A stretch of 64,000 nt of DNA from Candidatus Aenigmatarchaeota archaeon. Lineage in GTDB: Archaea > Aenigmatarchaeota > Aenigmatarchaeia > Aenigmatarchaeales > Aenigmatarchaeaceae. The notes under the pieces are model-generated. The model ran no database searches and was not told where the DNA came from. It worked only from the letters and a program-made list of their open reading frames with translations. Numbering within the stretch: position 1 is the stretch's first letter; each line of letters begins with the position of its first letter. The stretch lies in assembly GCA_043814985.1 (NCBI GenBank), contig JBDRJK010000019.1, forward strand, positions 1 to 64,000, written 5' to 3'. Of this stretch, positions 20,608 to 30,285 are shown in pieces. The translations under genes and the position numbers were made by a program.

Positions 20608-21869
20608 GTTACAAAGATTTTATTGATTTGAGTTACAAGCCGACCAAGAATGATTTGGTTTGCGAGTTCAGAGTAGAACCAGCTAAAGGAATTTCATTGA
20701 GAAGAGCAGCAGAAATGGTTGCTGGCGAATCTTCTGTTGGAACATGGACAGATGTTGTAACAATGAAACCAAGGATAAAGAAAATTGGAGCCAGGATATT
20801 TTCTATAAAGGGTAACTATGTCAAGATTGCATACCCCTCCATTCTTTTCGAAGAGGGCAACATGCCTCAGATTATGAGCAGCATTGGCGGAAATGTTTTC
20901 GGTATGAAGGCTGTTAAAAACCTGAGATTGGAGGATGTTGACTGGCCTGATGACATAATGAAATCATTCCCCGGACCCATGTACGGAATCAAGGGAATCA
21001 GGAGATTATTGAAAGTTCCCAAGAGGCCTTTGGTCGGAACAATTGTCAAGCCGAAAATAGGTTTGAACGAGAAGGAGCATGCCAAAGCTGCTTACGAGGC
21101 TTGGGTCGGAGGCATTGACGTTGTAAAGGATGATGAGAACCTTTCCAGCCAGAAGTTCAATAATTTTTCCAAGAGAATTATAGAAACTCTGAAGATGAGA
21201 GACAAGGCTGAAAAAGAAACAGGAGAAAGAAAGGTCTACATGCCCAATGTAACAGCTGAGATAGACAGCATGTTGCAAAGAGCTAATTTCGTCAAAGAAG
21301 CTGGTGGAAGATACATGATGGTCGACATTCTAACAGTCGGCTGGTCTGGCCTGCAAACTCTAAGAAAAGCCAATAATGATTTGAAATTAGTCATGCATGC
21401 GCACAGAGCAGGTCATGCTGCATTCACACGAAGCAAGAAGCATGGAATCTCTATGCTTGTCATATCCGATATAGCAAGATTAATTGGATTAGACCAATTG
21501 CATATTGGAACTGTCATAGGCAAGATGGAAGGGCCAAGAGATGAAATAATGAGGATTAATGAAAGTATAGAAAAGAGCATGATCAAAGAGGGCAATCATA
21601 CTCTAGCAGAGAACTGGAAAAACATCAAACCTGTTTTTGCTGTTTGCTCAGGTGGATTGTACGCAGGCCATGTGCCAAAGCTTATAAAATTGCTAGGCAA
21701 TGATATTATAATTCAGGCGGGCGGAGGGGTGCATGGACACAAGAAAGGTACAAGGGCAGGAGCCATGTCCATGAGGCAGGCTGTTGAGGCTGCCATGAAT
21801 AATATTCCTTTAAAAAAGTACGCCAAGAAGAATAAAGAGTTGAGCATTGCATTAAAACAATGGGGTTAA
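20604..21869 (+). CDS. rbcL: Form III ribulose-1,5-bisphosphate carboxylase
   Basis: ESSVGTW, GTIVKPK, DVVKDDE, HAHRA, GKMEG, SGG and QAGGG motifs. Confidence 0.95.
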   Translation: MSYKDFIDLSYKPTKNDLVCEFRVEPAKGISLRRAAEMVAGESSVGTWTDVVTMKPRIKKIGARIFSIKGNYVKIAYPSILFEEGNMPQIMSSIGGNVFGMKAVKNLRLEDVDWPDDIMKSFPGPMYGIKGIRRLLKVPKRPLVGTIVKPKIGLNEKEHAKAAYEAWVGGIDVVKDDENLSSQKFNNFSKRIIETLKMRDKAEKETGERKVYMPNVTAEIDSMLQRANFVKEAGGRYMMVDILTVGWSGLQTLRKANNDLKLVMHAHRAGHAAFTRSKKHGISMLVISDIARLIGLDQLHIGTVIGKMEGPRDEIMRINESIEKSMIKEGNHTLAENWKNIKPVFAVCSGGLYAGHVPKLIKLLGNDIIIQAGGGVHGHKKGTRAGAMSMRQAVEAAMNNIPLKKYAKKNKELSIALKQWG

Positions 21870-21870
21870 C

Positions 21871-22251
21871 ATGACTGAAGAGCATAAGCACGAAAAGCCA
21901 AAGAAAAAGTTTTCCCTTAATCTGAAGATGAGCAAGTGGGATAAGATTTCAATAATGATTCTTCTAGTATTTGTTATTCTGGTTACCTTGCCTACTCTTG
22001 TTCCGAAAGATGGGTGTGAAGTTGCAAGGGCCGGGTACAAATGCGCTTCCCTTGAGGAAGTAATGGTAGAGCACTGTGAGTTCTGGGGTGAATACGACTG
22101 TGTTACTGAGGCTGACGTGAGCTTGGAGCAGGTTGAGTGGTACATTGGGAATTTGTGCAACCTCCAGAACCAGGAGCACAACACAGGCCTGGACTGTTCT
22201 AATTTAAAATCAGCATGCAATCAAATCTCCGGAAGTATAGTTTGTTCCTAG
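21871..22251 (+). CDS. Membrane-anchored Cys-rich hypothetical protein
   Basis: Basic N-terminus, one TM helix, 8 Cys; co-oriented with the AMP cluster. Confidence 0.6.
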   Translation: MTEEHKHEKPKKKFSLNLKMSKWDKISIMILLVFVILVTLPTLVPKDGCEVARAGYKCASLEEVMVEHCEFWGEYDCVTEADVSLEQVEWYIGNLCNLQNQEHNTGLDCSNLKSACNQISGSIVCS

Positions 22252-22290
22252 TAGAAATTATTTATTAAGCGGTAATTCTAATTGTAGTGT

Positions 22291-23832
22291 ATGAAGCTTA
22301 TAGCAAGACCAATTGATCTGGAAGTCGGTGGAAAGTATGTTGTTATATTGAACAAGGAAGATGCAGACTATCTGGGAGTAAGGGCATTAGACAGAGTGTG
22401 CTTGACTCTTAACGGAAAGCAGATGGCAGCAATAGTCGACATAACAACCAAGTTCACCATAAAGGGCGAAATAGTGACCAATGACGATGTTAGCAGGTTC
22501 TTCGGAATAATGGGAGGGGAGCATCTGGAAGTCAGGCCCCAGGAGCAGTTGGAATCCATTCTTTACATCAAGCAGAAGCTTTCAGGAGCGAGGCTTGAAT
22601 ACGACAAGATAAAGACGATAATCAGGGATGTTGTTGACAATAAGATATCAAACACAGAGCTGACAGCCTTTGTCACAGCCCTTCACACTCAAGGCATATC
22701 AATAGACGAGGCAGCCAACCTTTCAAGGGCCATGGCTGAAACAGGAAAAAGATTAAGGCTTAACCAAAAAATAATTTGCGATAAGCACTCAATAGGCGGA
22801 ATTCCGGGCGACAAGACCTCATTAATTCTTGTCCCGATAGTTGCTGCAGCAGGCTTGACAATTCCCAAGACTTCCTCAAAGGCAATAACATCTCCCTCTG
22901 GCACAGCCGAGAGAATGGGGACGCTTGCCCCGGTAAATCTCACTCTAGAGGAAATCAAGCAGGTTGTTGCAAAAACTAATGCATGCATGGTCTGGGGAGG
23001 GGCTTTGGACCTGGCGCCTGCGGACGACATGTTCATCAAAGTGGAATATCCTTTGGGCATAGACCCCATGTTATTGCCATCAATAATGTCCAAGAAAAAG
23101 GCAATAGGAGCCAATTATGTTGTTATAGACATCCCAACAGGCAACGAGGCAAAGATCAAGACAGTCTGTCAGGCGCGCGAGCTGGCAGAGGATTTCATGG
23201 AACTTGGCAAGAGGCTTGGAATTCATGTTGCATGCGGCATAACATTCGGGAGGCAACCTCTAGGCTATTATATAGGACCTGCGCTGGAGGCAAAGGAGGC
23301 TTTGTTGACTCTAAGAGGCAAGGGGCCAAATGACGTGATAGAGAAGGCAACAACACTTGCAGGCATACTATTTGAGACAGTTGGCAAGGGAGACAAGCAA
23401 ACTGCCCTGCATCTTTTGAAGTCAGGAAAGGCAGAGAAGAAATTAAGAGAGATAATAGAAGCCCAGGGAGGCAATCCGAAGATACAGCCAGACGACCTGC
23501 CAATAGGGGAGAAATACGCAACAGTGAAGTCAGCAAGTGAGGGCAAGGTCCTGTGGGTAAAGAACTCTGAGATTGTTTTGATTGCAAGAAGGGCTGGCGC
23601 GCCTCTGGATGCTGGGGCAGGCATACATCTTAATCTGAAACTAGGAGACAAGGTCAGGAAAGGGGAAACCTTGTTTACGATATTTTCTAACAATTATAAC
23701 AGGCTGGAGGAGGCCTTGAAAATGGCAGAAGAGCTCAAGCCTCTGGTTGTCGGGAAGCATTACGAGGACAAGATGCTATTAGGCAAGATGTTTGATGTTC
23801 CTGGGAAAAAACTATTCATGTTGGAGAGGTGA
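22291..23832 (+). CDS. deoA: AMP phosphorylase (thymidine phosphorylase family)
   Basis: DKHSIGGIPGDKT and KTSSKAITSPSGTA motifs; N-terminal extension typical of archaeal AMP phosphorylase. Confidence 0.93.
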   Translation: MKLIARPIDLEVGGKYVVILNKEDADYLGVRALDRVCLTLNGKQMAAIVDITTKFTIKGEIVTNDDVSRFFGIMGGEHLEVRPQEQLESILYIKQKLSGARLEYDKIKTIIRDVVDNKISNTELTAFVTALHTQGISIDEAANLSRAMAETGKRLRLNQKIICDKHSIGGIPGDKTSLILVPIVAAAGLTIPKTSSKAITSPSGTAERMGTLAPVNLTLEEIKQVVAKTNACMVWGGALDLAPADDMFIKVEYPLGIDPMLLPSIMSKKKAIGANYVVIDIPTGNEAKIKTVCQARELAEDFMELGKRLGIHVACGITFGRQPLGYYIGPALEAKEALLTLRGKGPNDVIEKATTLAGILFETVGKGDKQTALHLLKSGKAEKKLREIIEAQGGNPKIQPDDLPIGEKYATVKSASEGKVLWVKNSEIVLIARRAGAPLDAGAGIHLNLKLGDKVRKGETLFTIFSNNYNRLEEALKMAEELKPLVVGKHYEDKMLLGKMFDVPGKKLFMLER

Positions 23833-24259
23833 TTTTTTGGCTAAAAGAAAAGCAAAGAAGAAAAGAACAGCAAAAAGTAAAGTGGTAAGGAAGAGAGTGA
23901 CAAAGAAGAAGGACAGCAGGATGATGTCGCGTTGTATTTTCACTGGAATAATGATGATAATCCTGTTCGCATTACTCTTCTCAATGCCTTCAGGTAACAA
24001 CGGATTGCAGAATCAGGAGCAGACGCAGGATGCAATAACAGATTTAGTGATAGAAAAAGAGACTATAATGGAATACGCTTGCAAATCAAATCTGGACTGC
24101 CTTTTGATCAACTGCAAGAACACGCCTGACAATGTGGAATGCGTCAACTCAATTGCAACAGAGACCTATTACGAGAACTGTGATCCCGCAGAATACTGGA
24201 ATGTGGATGTTGACAAAGATTACGATCAATGTAGTTGCGTTGCTGGAATCTGCAAATGA
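23792..24259 (+). CDS. Membrane-anchored Cys-rich hypothetical protein (true start probably the TTG near 23837)
   Basis: Lys-rich N-terminus, TM helix, C-terminal CSCVAGICK; GAGGTGA just upstream of the TTG. Confidence 0.6.
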   Translation: MMFLGKNYSCWRGDFLAKRKAKKKRTAKSKVVRKRVTKKKDSRMMSRCIFTGIMMIILFALLFSMPSGNNGLQNQEQTQDAITDLVIEKETIMEYACKSNLDCLLINCKNTPDNVECVNSIATETYYENCDPAEYWNVDVDKDYDQCSCVAGICK

Positions 24260-24279
24260 ATAAAATAGATAAATGACCT

Positions 24280-25509
24280 ATGTATAATATTATTATGCGT
24301 AAGAAAGTTCTATTCGTAATTCTAGACGGGGCTGCGGATAACATTGAGAAGACTCCCTACATGCTGGCCTCCAAGCCAAACCTAGATTTGATAACAAGGA
24401 ACGGCTATGCAGGCTTAATAGAGAACGACGAGGAGCACCCTGATTCTGGCATTGCCAACTTCGTCTTGTTGGGATATCCAGAGGGTGAGTATCCTGGAAG
24501 AGGTTATTTAGAAGCTCTGGGAGCGAACCTGAGAATAACTCCTGGAAGCGTTTATGTGAGGGCCAACTTCGCGACTGTCAAAGATGTTATGGAGGATGAG
24601 TTGAAAACAGGTACCTATGAACCTAAGCTGCATGTCACTGACAGAAGGGCTGGCAGAGACAATTCTGGTTTGAGGGAAATGGCCAAGTCAATCAAGGAGT
24701 TCTTCCTCGATGGTGTTAGGATAGACTTCTACAAGTCCCTGGCTCACAGGGGAGTTGTTGCAATGAACAGCATTGCTATTTCTCCTAATGTCAGTGATTC
24801 TGATCCTGAGATAGAGGGAAAGCAAGTCAAGAAGGTAATGCCCCTTTCAAGAGACGAGAAGGCAGTCAGGACTGCTGCTGCCCTTAACAAGTTCTCAGCG
24901 GAGGTTCACAGGATTCTGAAGGATCATCCCTCGAACAAGTACAGGGAGGTTCCAGCAAACTACATCTTGCTGAGAGGTGCAAGCCAGTATCAATACATTA
25001 AAGGTTTCAAGGACAGGCATGGTTTGTCTGCGGCCTGCGTGGCTGCCTCGCCTGTTATCAAGGGAATTGCAAGAGCAATGGAAATGGAAGTTCTCGAGGT
25101 TTCTGGTGCAACTGCTGATTTGAAAACCAATCTAAGGGACAAGACCATGAAGGCATTGGAAGCTTTGAATAATCATGATTTTGTCATTTTGCACATTCTC
25201 GGTTGCGATATTGCTGCTCATGACAAGAACGTTAACCAGAAGAGATTCTTCATAGAGAAGATTGACAGGGAAGTTTTCAAAAGGATACTTGAGTATACTA
25301 ACTTTGAGAAGACAATGGTTGTTGTCATGTCAGACCACATCACATCTTCTAAGACAGGTCTGCATTGTCCTGGTTTCATACCTTTCACAATATACACCAA
25401 GGGAATCAAGCCAAATGATGTGCAAAAGTTAGATGAAAAAAGTTGCAGGCAGGGGCCTGTTATCAATATCAAAGACTTCATGGAAAAGGTAATGAGCTTT
25501 GAAGCATAG
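24280..25509 (+). CDS. apgM: 2,3-bisphosphoglycerate-independent phosphoglycerate mutase, archaeal type
   Basis: ILDGAAD, PNLD, YPGRG, RANFAT, DRRAGR, DIAAHD and SDH motifs. Confidence 0.88.
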   Translation: MYNIIMRKKVLFVILDGAADNIEKTPYMLASKPNLDLITRNGYAGLIENDEEHPDSGIANFVLLGYPEGEYPGRGYLEALGANLRITPGSVYVRANFATVKDVMEDELKTGTYEPKLHVTDRRAGRDNSGLREMAKSIKEFFLDGVRIDFYKSLAHRGVVAMNSIAISPNVSDSDPEIEGKQVKKVMPLSRDEKAVRTAAALNKFSAEVHRILKDHPSNKYREVPANYILLRGASQYQYIKGFKDRHGLSAACVAASPVIKGIARAMEMEVLEVSGATADLKTNLRDKTMKALEALNNHDFVILHILGCDIAAHDKNVNQKRFFIEKIDREVFKRILEYTNFEKTMVVVMSDHITSSKTGLHCPGFIPFTIYTKGIKPNDVQKLDEKSCRQGPVINIKDFMEKVMSFEA

Positions 25510-25518
25510 AATGGTAAG

Positions 25519-26196
25519 ATGAAATACCAACAAATTCTAAAAAAATTAAAGTCACAAGCCAATCCAAAGAATGTAGAGGGAATGGCAAGGTTCGGAATCA
25601 ACCCTAAGAACACTCTAGGAATTTCTGTCTATGTTATTCGAGCTATGGCTAAAGAAATAGGCAAGGACCATTCAATGGCAAAAAAACTCTGGAAATCAAA
25701 AATACATGAGGCGAGAATGCTTGCAGGCTTCATAGCAGAGCCTGAGAAGACAGACGAGAAGCTAATGGAGAGATGGGTAAAGGATTTTGATTCCTGGGAC
25801 ATCTGCGATCAGGTTTGTTCTAATTTGTTTGACAAGACACCTTTGGCATACAAGAAGGCTTTTGAGTGGAGCAAGAGAAAGGAAGAGTTTGTAAAAAGAG
25901 CTGGTTTTGTTTTAATGGCAGCTTTGTCTGTTCACGACAAGAAGGCTGATGACAAGAAGTTTGAAAAGTTCTTGCCAGTAATAAAAGGGGAATCTAAAGA
26001 TGAAAGGAACTTTGTCAAGAAGGCAGCCAACTGGGCGTTAAGACAGATTGGAAAAAGAAATAAGAAATTAAACAGGAAGGCAGTCAAAACTGCAAAAGAA
26101 ATAAAGAAAATTGATTCTAAAGCTGCCAGATGGATTGCTGCTGATGCTCTTCGTGAATTGACAAGCGATGCTGTCCAGAAAAGATTGAAAAAATAA
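25519..26196 (+). CDS. DNA alkylation repair protein (AlkD-like)
   Basis: HEARMLA, DSWDICD and FVKKAANWALRQIGK motifs. Confidence 0.88.
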   Translation: MKYQQILKKLKSQANPKNVEGMARFGINPKNTLGISVYVIRAMAKEIGKDHSMAKKLWKSKIHEARMLAGFIAEPEKTDEKLMERWVKDFDSWDICDQVCSNLFDKTPLAYKKAFEWSKRKEEFVKRAGFVLMAALSVHDKKADDKKFEKFLPVIKGESKDERNFVKKAANWALRQIGKRNKKLNRKAVKTAKEIKKIDSKAARWIAADALRELTSDAVQKRLKK

Positions 26197-26751
26197 TTAT
26201 TGTTCTGCTGGACATTCCCCGATTTCCCAGTAGTCAGCCTTGACAGAGCATGCCCCACACTTGTTGCCATAAGTCTGTGAAGTTCCATCAGACTTGAAGC
26301 CGCATACAGGAGCATATTCCATAGTGCATATTTCAGCTTTCTTCTCCTCTTCCGTGCAAGTGTGTCTTTTAATTGTTCTTTCAGTAGCATTCCAGTTGTC
26401 TATGACCACTACAGATAGGTCCTTGTTCTCACCTTGCTCAAGAGTCACTTCAAACATGCCCTCAAATTCCATTATTGTAACAACCTTTGTTATTGTAGTT
26501 GCATACTCGTAACCAGCAAATTCAACTGCTGTTCTCGCTGCCACTTTCTGTTCTTCATCAAGCTCCCATTCCCTTACGCAAGCTCCAACGCTTTCGTTCC
26601 AAGTGTAACCTGCAGGTCCCAGGCATCCATGCTCGTCCCTTTCTCCGCCTATTGGTTCATTGATGCATCCTGAAACCAGTACTATGGGCAATACCAATGC
26701 TACTAAAACAAATATTTTTTTGTCCATAATATAGAATTCATAAAACTCCAA
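26197..26751 (-). CDS. Lipoprotein with C-terminal Kazal-type protease-inhibitor domain
   Basis: Lipobox VSGC; GGERDEHGC module; ICTMEYAPVCG...TYGNKC. Confidence 0.75.
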   Translation of the reverse strand: MEFYEFYIMDKKIFVLVALVLPIVLVSGCINEPIGGERDEHGCLGPAGYTWNESVGACVREWELDEEQKVAARTAVEFAGYEYATTITKVVTIMEFEGMFEVTLEQGENKDLSVVVIDNWNATERTIKRHTCTEEEKKAEICTMEYAPVCGFKSDGTSQTYGNKCGACSVKADYWEIGECPAEQ

Positions 26752-26819
26752 TATAAAACGCTCTTTTTCATTAGGCTAAAACCTAATAACCTTAAATAAA
26801 TTTGTAAAACAGTATTCTT

Positions 26820-27203
26820 ATGAAGAAGGCTCTTAAGATAAGGAACCTTAGATGGTTTTTTATTGGATTCGGGACAGCATTCGTTCTGTTATCCTTCTTA
26901 GTGAGTTTCTACACTTTGAAAGTCATTGTGCCTAGCCAGATAAACTCTGCAGCTTCGTTCGCGGAAACAGCCTGCTATTCTAACACTTGCTATGAAATGT
27001 CGAACATCACGGCAGACGAGTACTACGAAATCCAAAAATTCTGCAGGGACAAAACAGAAGAGGCTTTGGTTCTGGCAATCAAACCAGAGGGGGAAGTGTT
27101 CCTCACGCTTGTGACTAGGAACTTCAACTGGATATTGATAACAGGGATTTCTTTCTTGATAGCGGGTTTTATTGTTTTTAGAATGGAGAAAAGGCCTGTA
27201 TGA
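26820..27203 (+). CDS. Hypothetical membrane protein
   Basis: 127-aa ORF with two TM segments. Confidence 0.6.
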   Translation: MKKALKIRNLRWFFIGFGTAFVLLSFLVSFYTLKVIVPSQINSAASFAETACYSNTCYEMSNITADEYYEIQKFCRDKTEEALVLAIKPEGEVFLTLVTRNFNWILITGISFLIAGFIVFRMEKRPV

Positions 27204-27238
27204 AGCTTCTACATATGAGTTTCAAGCCAACAATAACG

Positions 27239-27246
27239 TTTAAATA
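27239..27246 (+). promoter_or_regulatory. Probable TATA box of the 23S rRNA transcription unit
   Basis: TTTAAATA upstream of the structured 23S leader. Confidence 0.5.
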
Positions 27247-27386
27247 CTTTTTAAAATTAATAACTTCTTACGTGATAACATGTTAACTTTAATTTAACAT
27301 TGGAAAACTTGCTGATTAGGCGACTAGATGAAGCTCATTCTGACAACACTACAGTTGTCATCCAATCCATACTATCAAGTGTGGAT

Positions 27387-27453
27387 GCCATGTGACTTAA
27401 GAAACTAATTTTGAGCCCGCAAGGCTATGAGAAACCCAGGGGTAAATGATGGC
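27387..27453 (+). ncRNA. Box C/D-like guide RNA 1 in the pre-23S leader
   Basis: Terminal stem GCCA/TGGC; degenerate C box; D' TTGA at 27411; GCC-CGCAA-GGC hairpin; C' ATGAGAA; D ATGA at 27446. Guides are complementary to 23S 30111-30117 and 30125-30135. Confidence 0.55.
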
Positions 27454-27529
27454 GCGCTGTTATTAAATTGACAGCGTTTTAATAGTGAGATAAGATGCTC
27501 ATCGCAAAGCAATTTTTGCGGTGTAAGGG

Positions 27530-27602
27530 TAAAGAAGACGATGAATTGTTTGAACACCTATTGATGCGCAAGCAGATGAGAAATACGTCGAACGAGTCTT
27601 TA
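27530..27602 (+). ncRNA. Box C/D guide RNA 2 in the pre-23S leader; predicted to guide Um2552 (E. coli numbering)
   Basis: Stem TAAAGA/TCTTTA; C ACGATGA 27538-27544; guide TGAACACCT 27551-27559 pairs with AGGTGTTCA 30237-30245; D' TTGA 27561; TGC-GCAA-GCA hairpin; C'; D ACGA 27592. Confidence 0.7.
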
Positions 27603-30285
27603 GATCATCATGATCAATGATACCAGCAGAGGCAGAAGGTAGGGTCTGAGCAGTAATGCCAATAGGTGGATAGCTCAGTTCTCGAGATTGATGAAGATCC
27701 TAGCAAGCTGGGATAAGCTCGGGCTAGGCGCAAGCAGCCTTTGAACCCGAGATAGTTGAATGCGACATCGCACTGGTTTCGGCCAGTGATTCGAAAGAAT
27801 CAAGAACCCGCTGAACTGAAGCATCTTAGTAAGCGGAGGAGGAGAAAGCAAACGCGATTCCGTTATTAACGGCGAGTGAAAACGGAACAGAGCAAACCGA
27901 ATTGCTGCAGAAATGCAGTTTAGATGTGGTGCCTGGTACAGCTTAGCTGGTTGACTCGAAGTCGCCTGGAATGGCGCACTATAAACTGTGATAGTCAGGT
28001 AGAGGAAGACCGGAAAGTTGATTCAGGAAAAGACTACCATTTCTTGGATATGAAGTGGGAATACGGCTGGCATCAACAGCCAACTCTAAATATTTCGAGA
28101 GTCTGATAGCGGATAAGTAAGGTAACTGAAAGCTGAAAAGTATTCTTAACAGAAGATGAAAAGATCTTGAAACCTATTGGTTATAGTCATCTATGGTCTG
28201 AAAGGTGCTCTTGTGAAGGAAAGTTGAGTGATCAACATATACGAGCAGGAGCTTACAGGATTATAGAATCCGTTTTGAAACACGGAGCAGGGAGTTTGTC
28301 TTTGTGGCGAGCATAATTGCTTCAAGCAAGTATGCATAGCGAAAGCGAAAAGTGCGTAGCGCAAGCATGGCACTGGGTCTGAAAGGGCCTGCAGTCACAG
28401 GGGCAAGACCAGAAAGCACTTGATCTAACCCATGTCAGGATGAAGCGTAGCGAAAGCTGCGTGGAGGTCCGAACCATTGTTGAGCTGCAAATCACTAGGA
28501 TGAGCAGGGGTTAGGGGTGAAAAGCCAAACGAACGTGCTGATAGCTGGTTCCTTCCGAAATATGTCTTAGCATAGCCTTGTCTGAGATAGCTAAAAGGGT
28601 AAAGCACTGATTGAGGAGTCAAGGGAAGAAATTCCCAACTTCCCTGTCAAACTAATAATCTATTAGCGTCGTAGAAGACAGGAGTGCGGGTGCTGGGGTA
28701 AGCCCGGTATCCGAAAAGGGAACAACCTAGACTAAGGTTAAGGTCCCTAATTCTTAGCTAATTCACAAAGTTTGTCCCAGTCCTAAAACAGGAGGGGCGT
28801 AGGCTTAGAAGTTGCCATCGCATAATCAACGTGTAATAACGGACCTCTCTAGGTCTGGGGCGGCGAAAATGGATGGGAGTAAGTTAAGAACCGATACCTT
28901 AGATTGCGAAAGCAATAGTATAGGAAGGCGTTCTGCTTGGGTAGAAGCATCTGCGTAAGCAGGTGTGGACCGGGCAGAATTGAAAATCCTGCTGGGAGTA
29001 GCAGCAAAGAAAGGTTAGAATCCTTTCCACCTGAAGGATCAGGTTTTCACGACAACATTTATTGGTCGTGAGTTAGTCAGTCCTAACCCCACCCTTAACT
29101 GACGTGGGGGAAGGTAAACATGTTAATATTCATGTACCACGGGCATACGTGTGGCAACACAAGCTCGGCTGTAGACGCTTTAGGATATGCTGACGTAAGT
29201 TAAGCAGTTAAAACCAGGGAGTTCCGTCAAGGAGAGAACTGGTCGAATCTGTGAACAGCTCTGCTGTATAGCGGAGTTCAGCAAATTCCAAGAGCCCATG
29301 AAAATATAGCCGGGAAGGATTGTTCGTGTCTGTACTGAGAACCGATACAGGTATCCTTGCTGAGAAGGTAATGGTGTGTCGAGTGATCCCAATTTAGGGA
29401 ATTGGGCAAATTAGAGTCGTATGTTTGCTAGAAGACTTGCCTATGCAGAAGTGCATAGGTTGCAATAACAAGGAGGAAGCGACTGTTTAACAAAAACATA
29501 GCTGACTGCTAAGGAGAAATCCCTTGTATAGTCGGTGAGGCCTGCCCAGTGCGAGTGTGTCAAAGCTGGTTTCAACCGGCCTAAGCCCTCGTCAACGGCG
29601 GCGGTAACTCTGACCGTCTTAAGGTAGCGTAATCCCTTGTCGATTAAATGTCGACCTGCATGAATGGCTTAACGACTTCCTCACTGTCCCAAATTGGGGC
29701 TCGGCGAAACTGCTATTGTGGTGCATAGGCCACAGACCCTCAGGGGGAAGAGAAGACCCCGTGGATCTTTGCGGTAGCCTGTCGTTGTTGTATGGTTACA
29801 ATTGCATAGCGTAGGTAGTAGTTGTTATGTTAGAGCTTTCGGGCTCTAAATAGACGACAATGTAACACTGCCCTTTTGTAAACATGTAACTAACCCCAAA
29901 ATTTTGGGGAACACCGATTGGTAGACCGCTTGGCTGGGGCGGTACACTCTTGACAAAATATCAAGAGTGCCCAAAGTGATCCTCATCTCCGTCAGAAATG
30001 GAGAGTAGAGTGTAAGCGTAAAAGGATCATTTATTGGATTCAACATAGCAATGAATCCAATTGTGAAAGCATGGGCTAACGAGATGCCGAGCGTTCTTGA
30101 TGGATATCGGTAGTTTCAGAAAAGTTACCCCGGGGATAATGGAGTCGTGGCGGGTGAGAGCTCACATCGACCCCGCGCGTTGCTTCATCGCTGTCGGCTT
30201 CCCCTCTCCTGGCCGTGCAGTAGCGGCCAAGGGTACAGGTGTTCACTGGTTAAAAGGGGACATTAGCTGGGTTCAGTACGTCGTG

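Noticed and set aside
27326..27343. AGATGA-AGCTCATT-CTGA as a guide to the sarcin-ricin region
   Set aside because: The spacer is too short and the pairing overlaps the D box.
27496..27503. TGCTCATC complementary to 23S near 28499
   Set aside because: No D box follows, and it overlaps a local hairpin.
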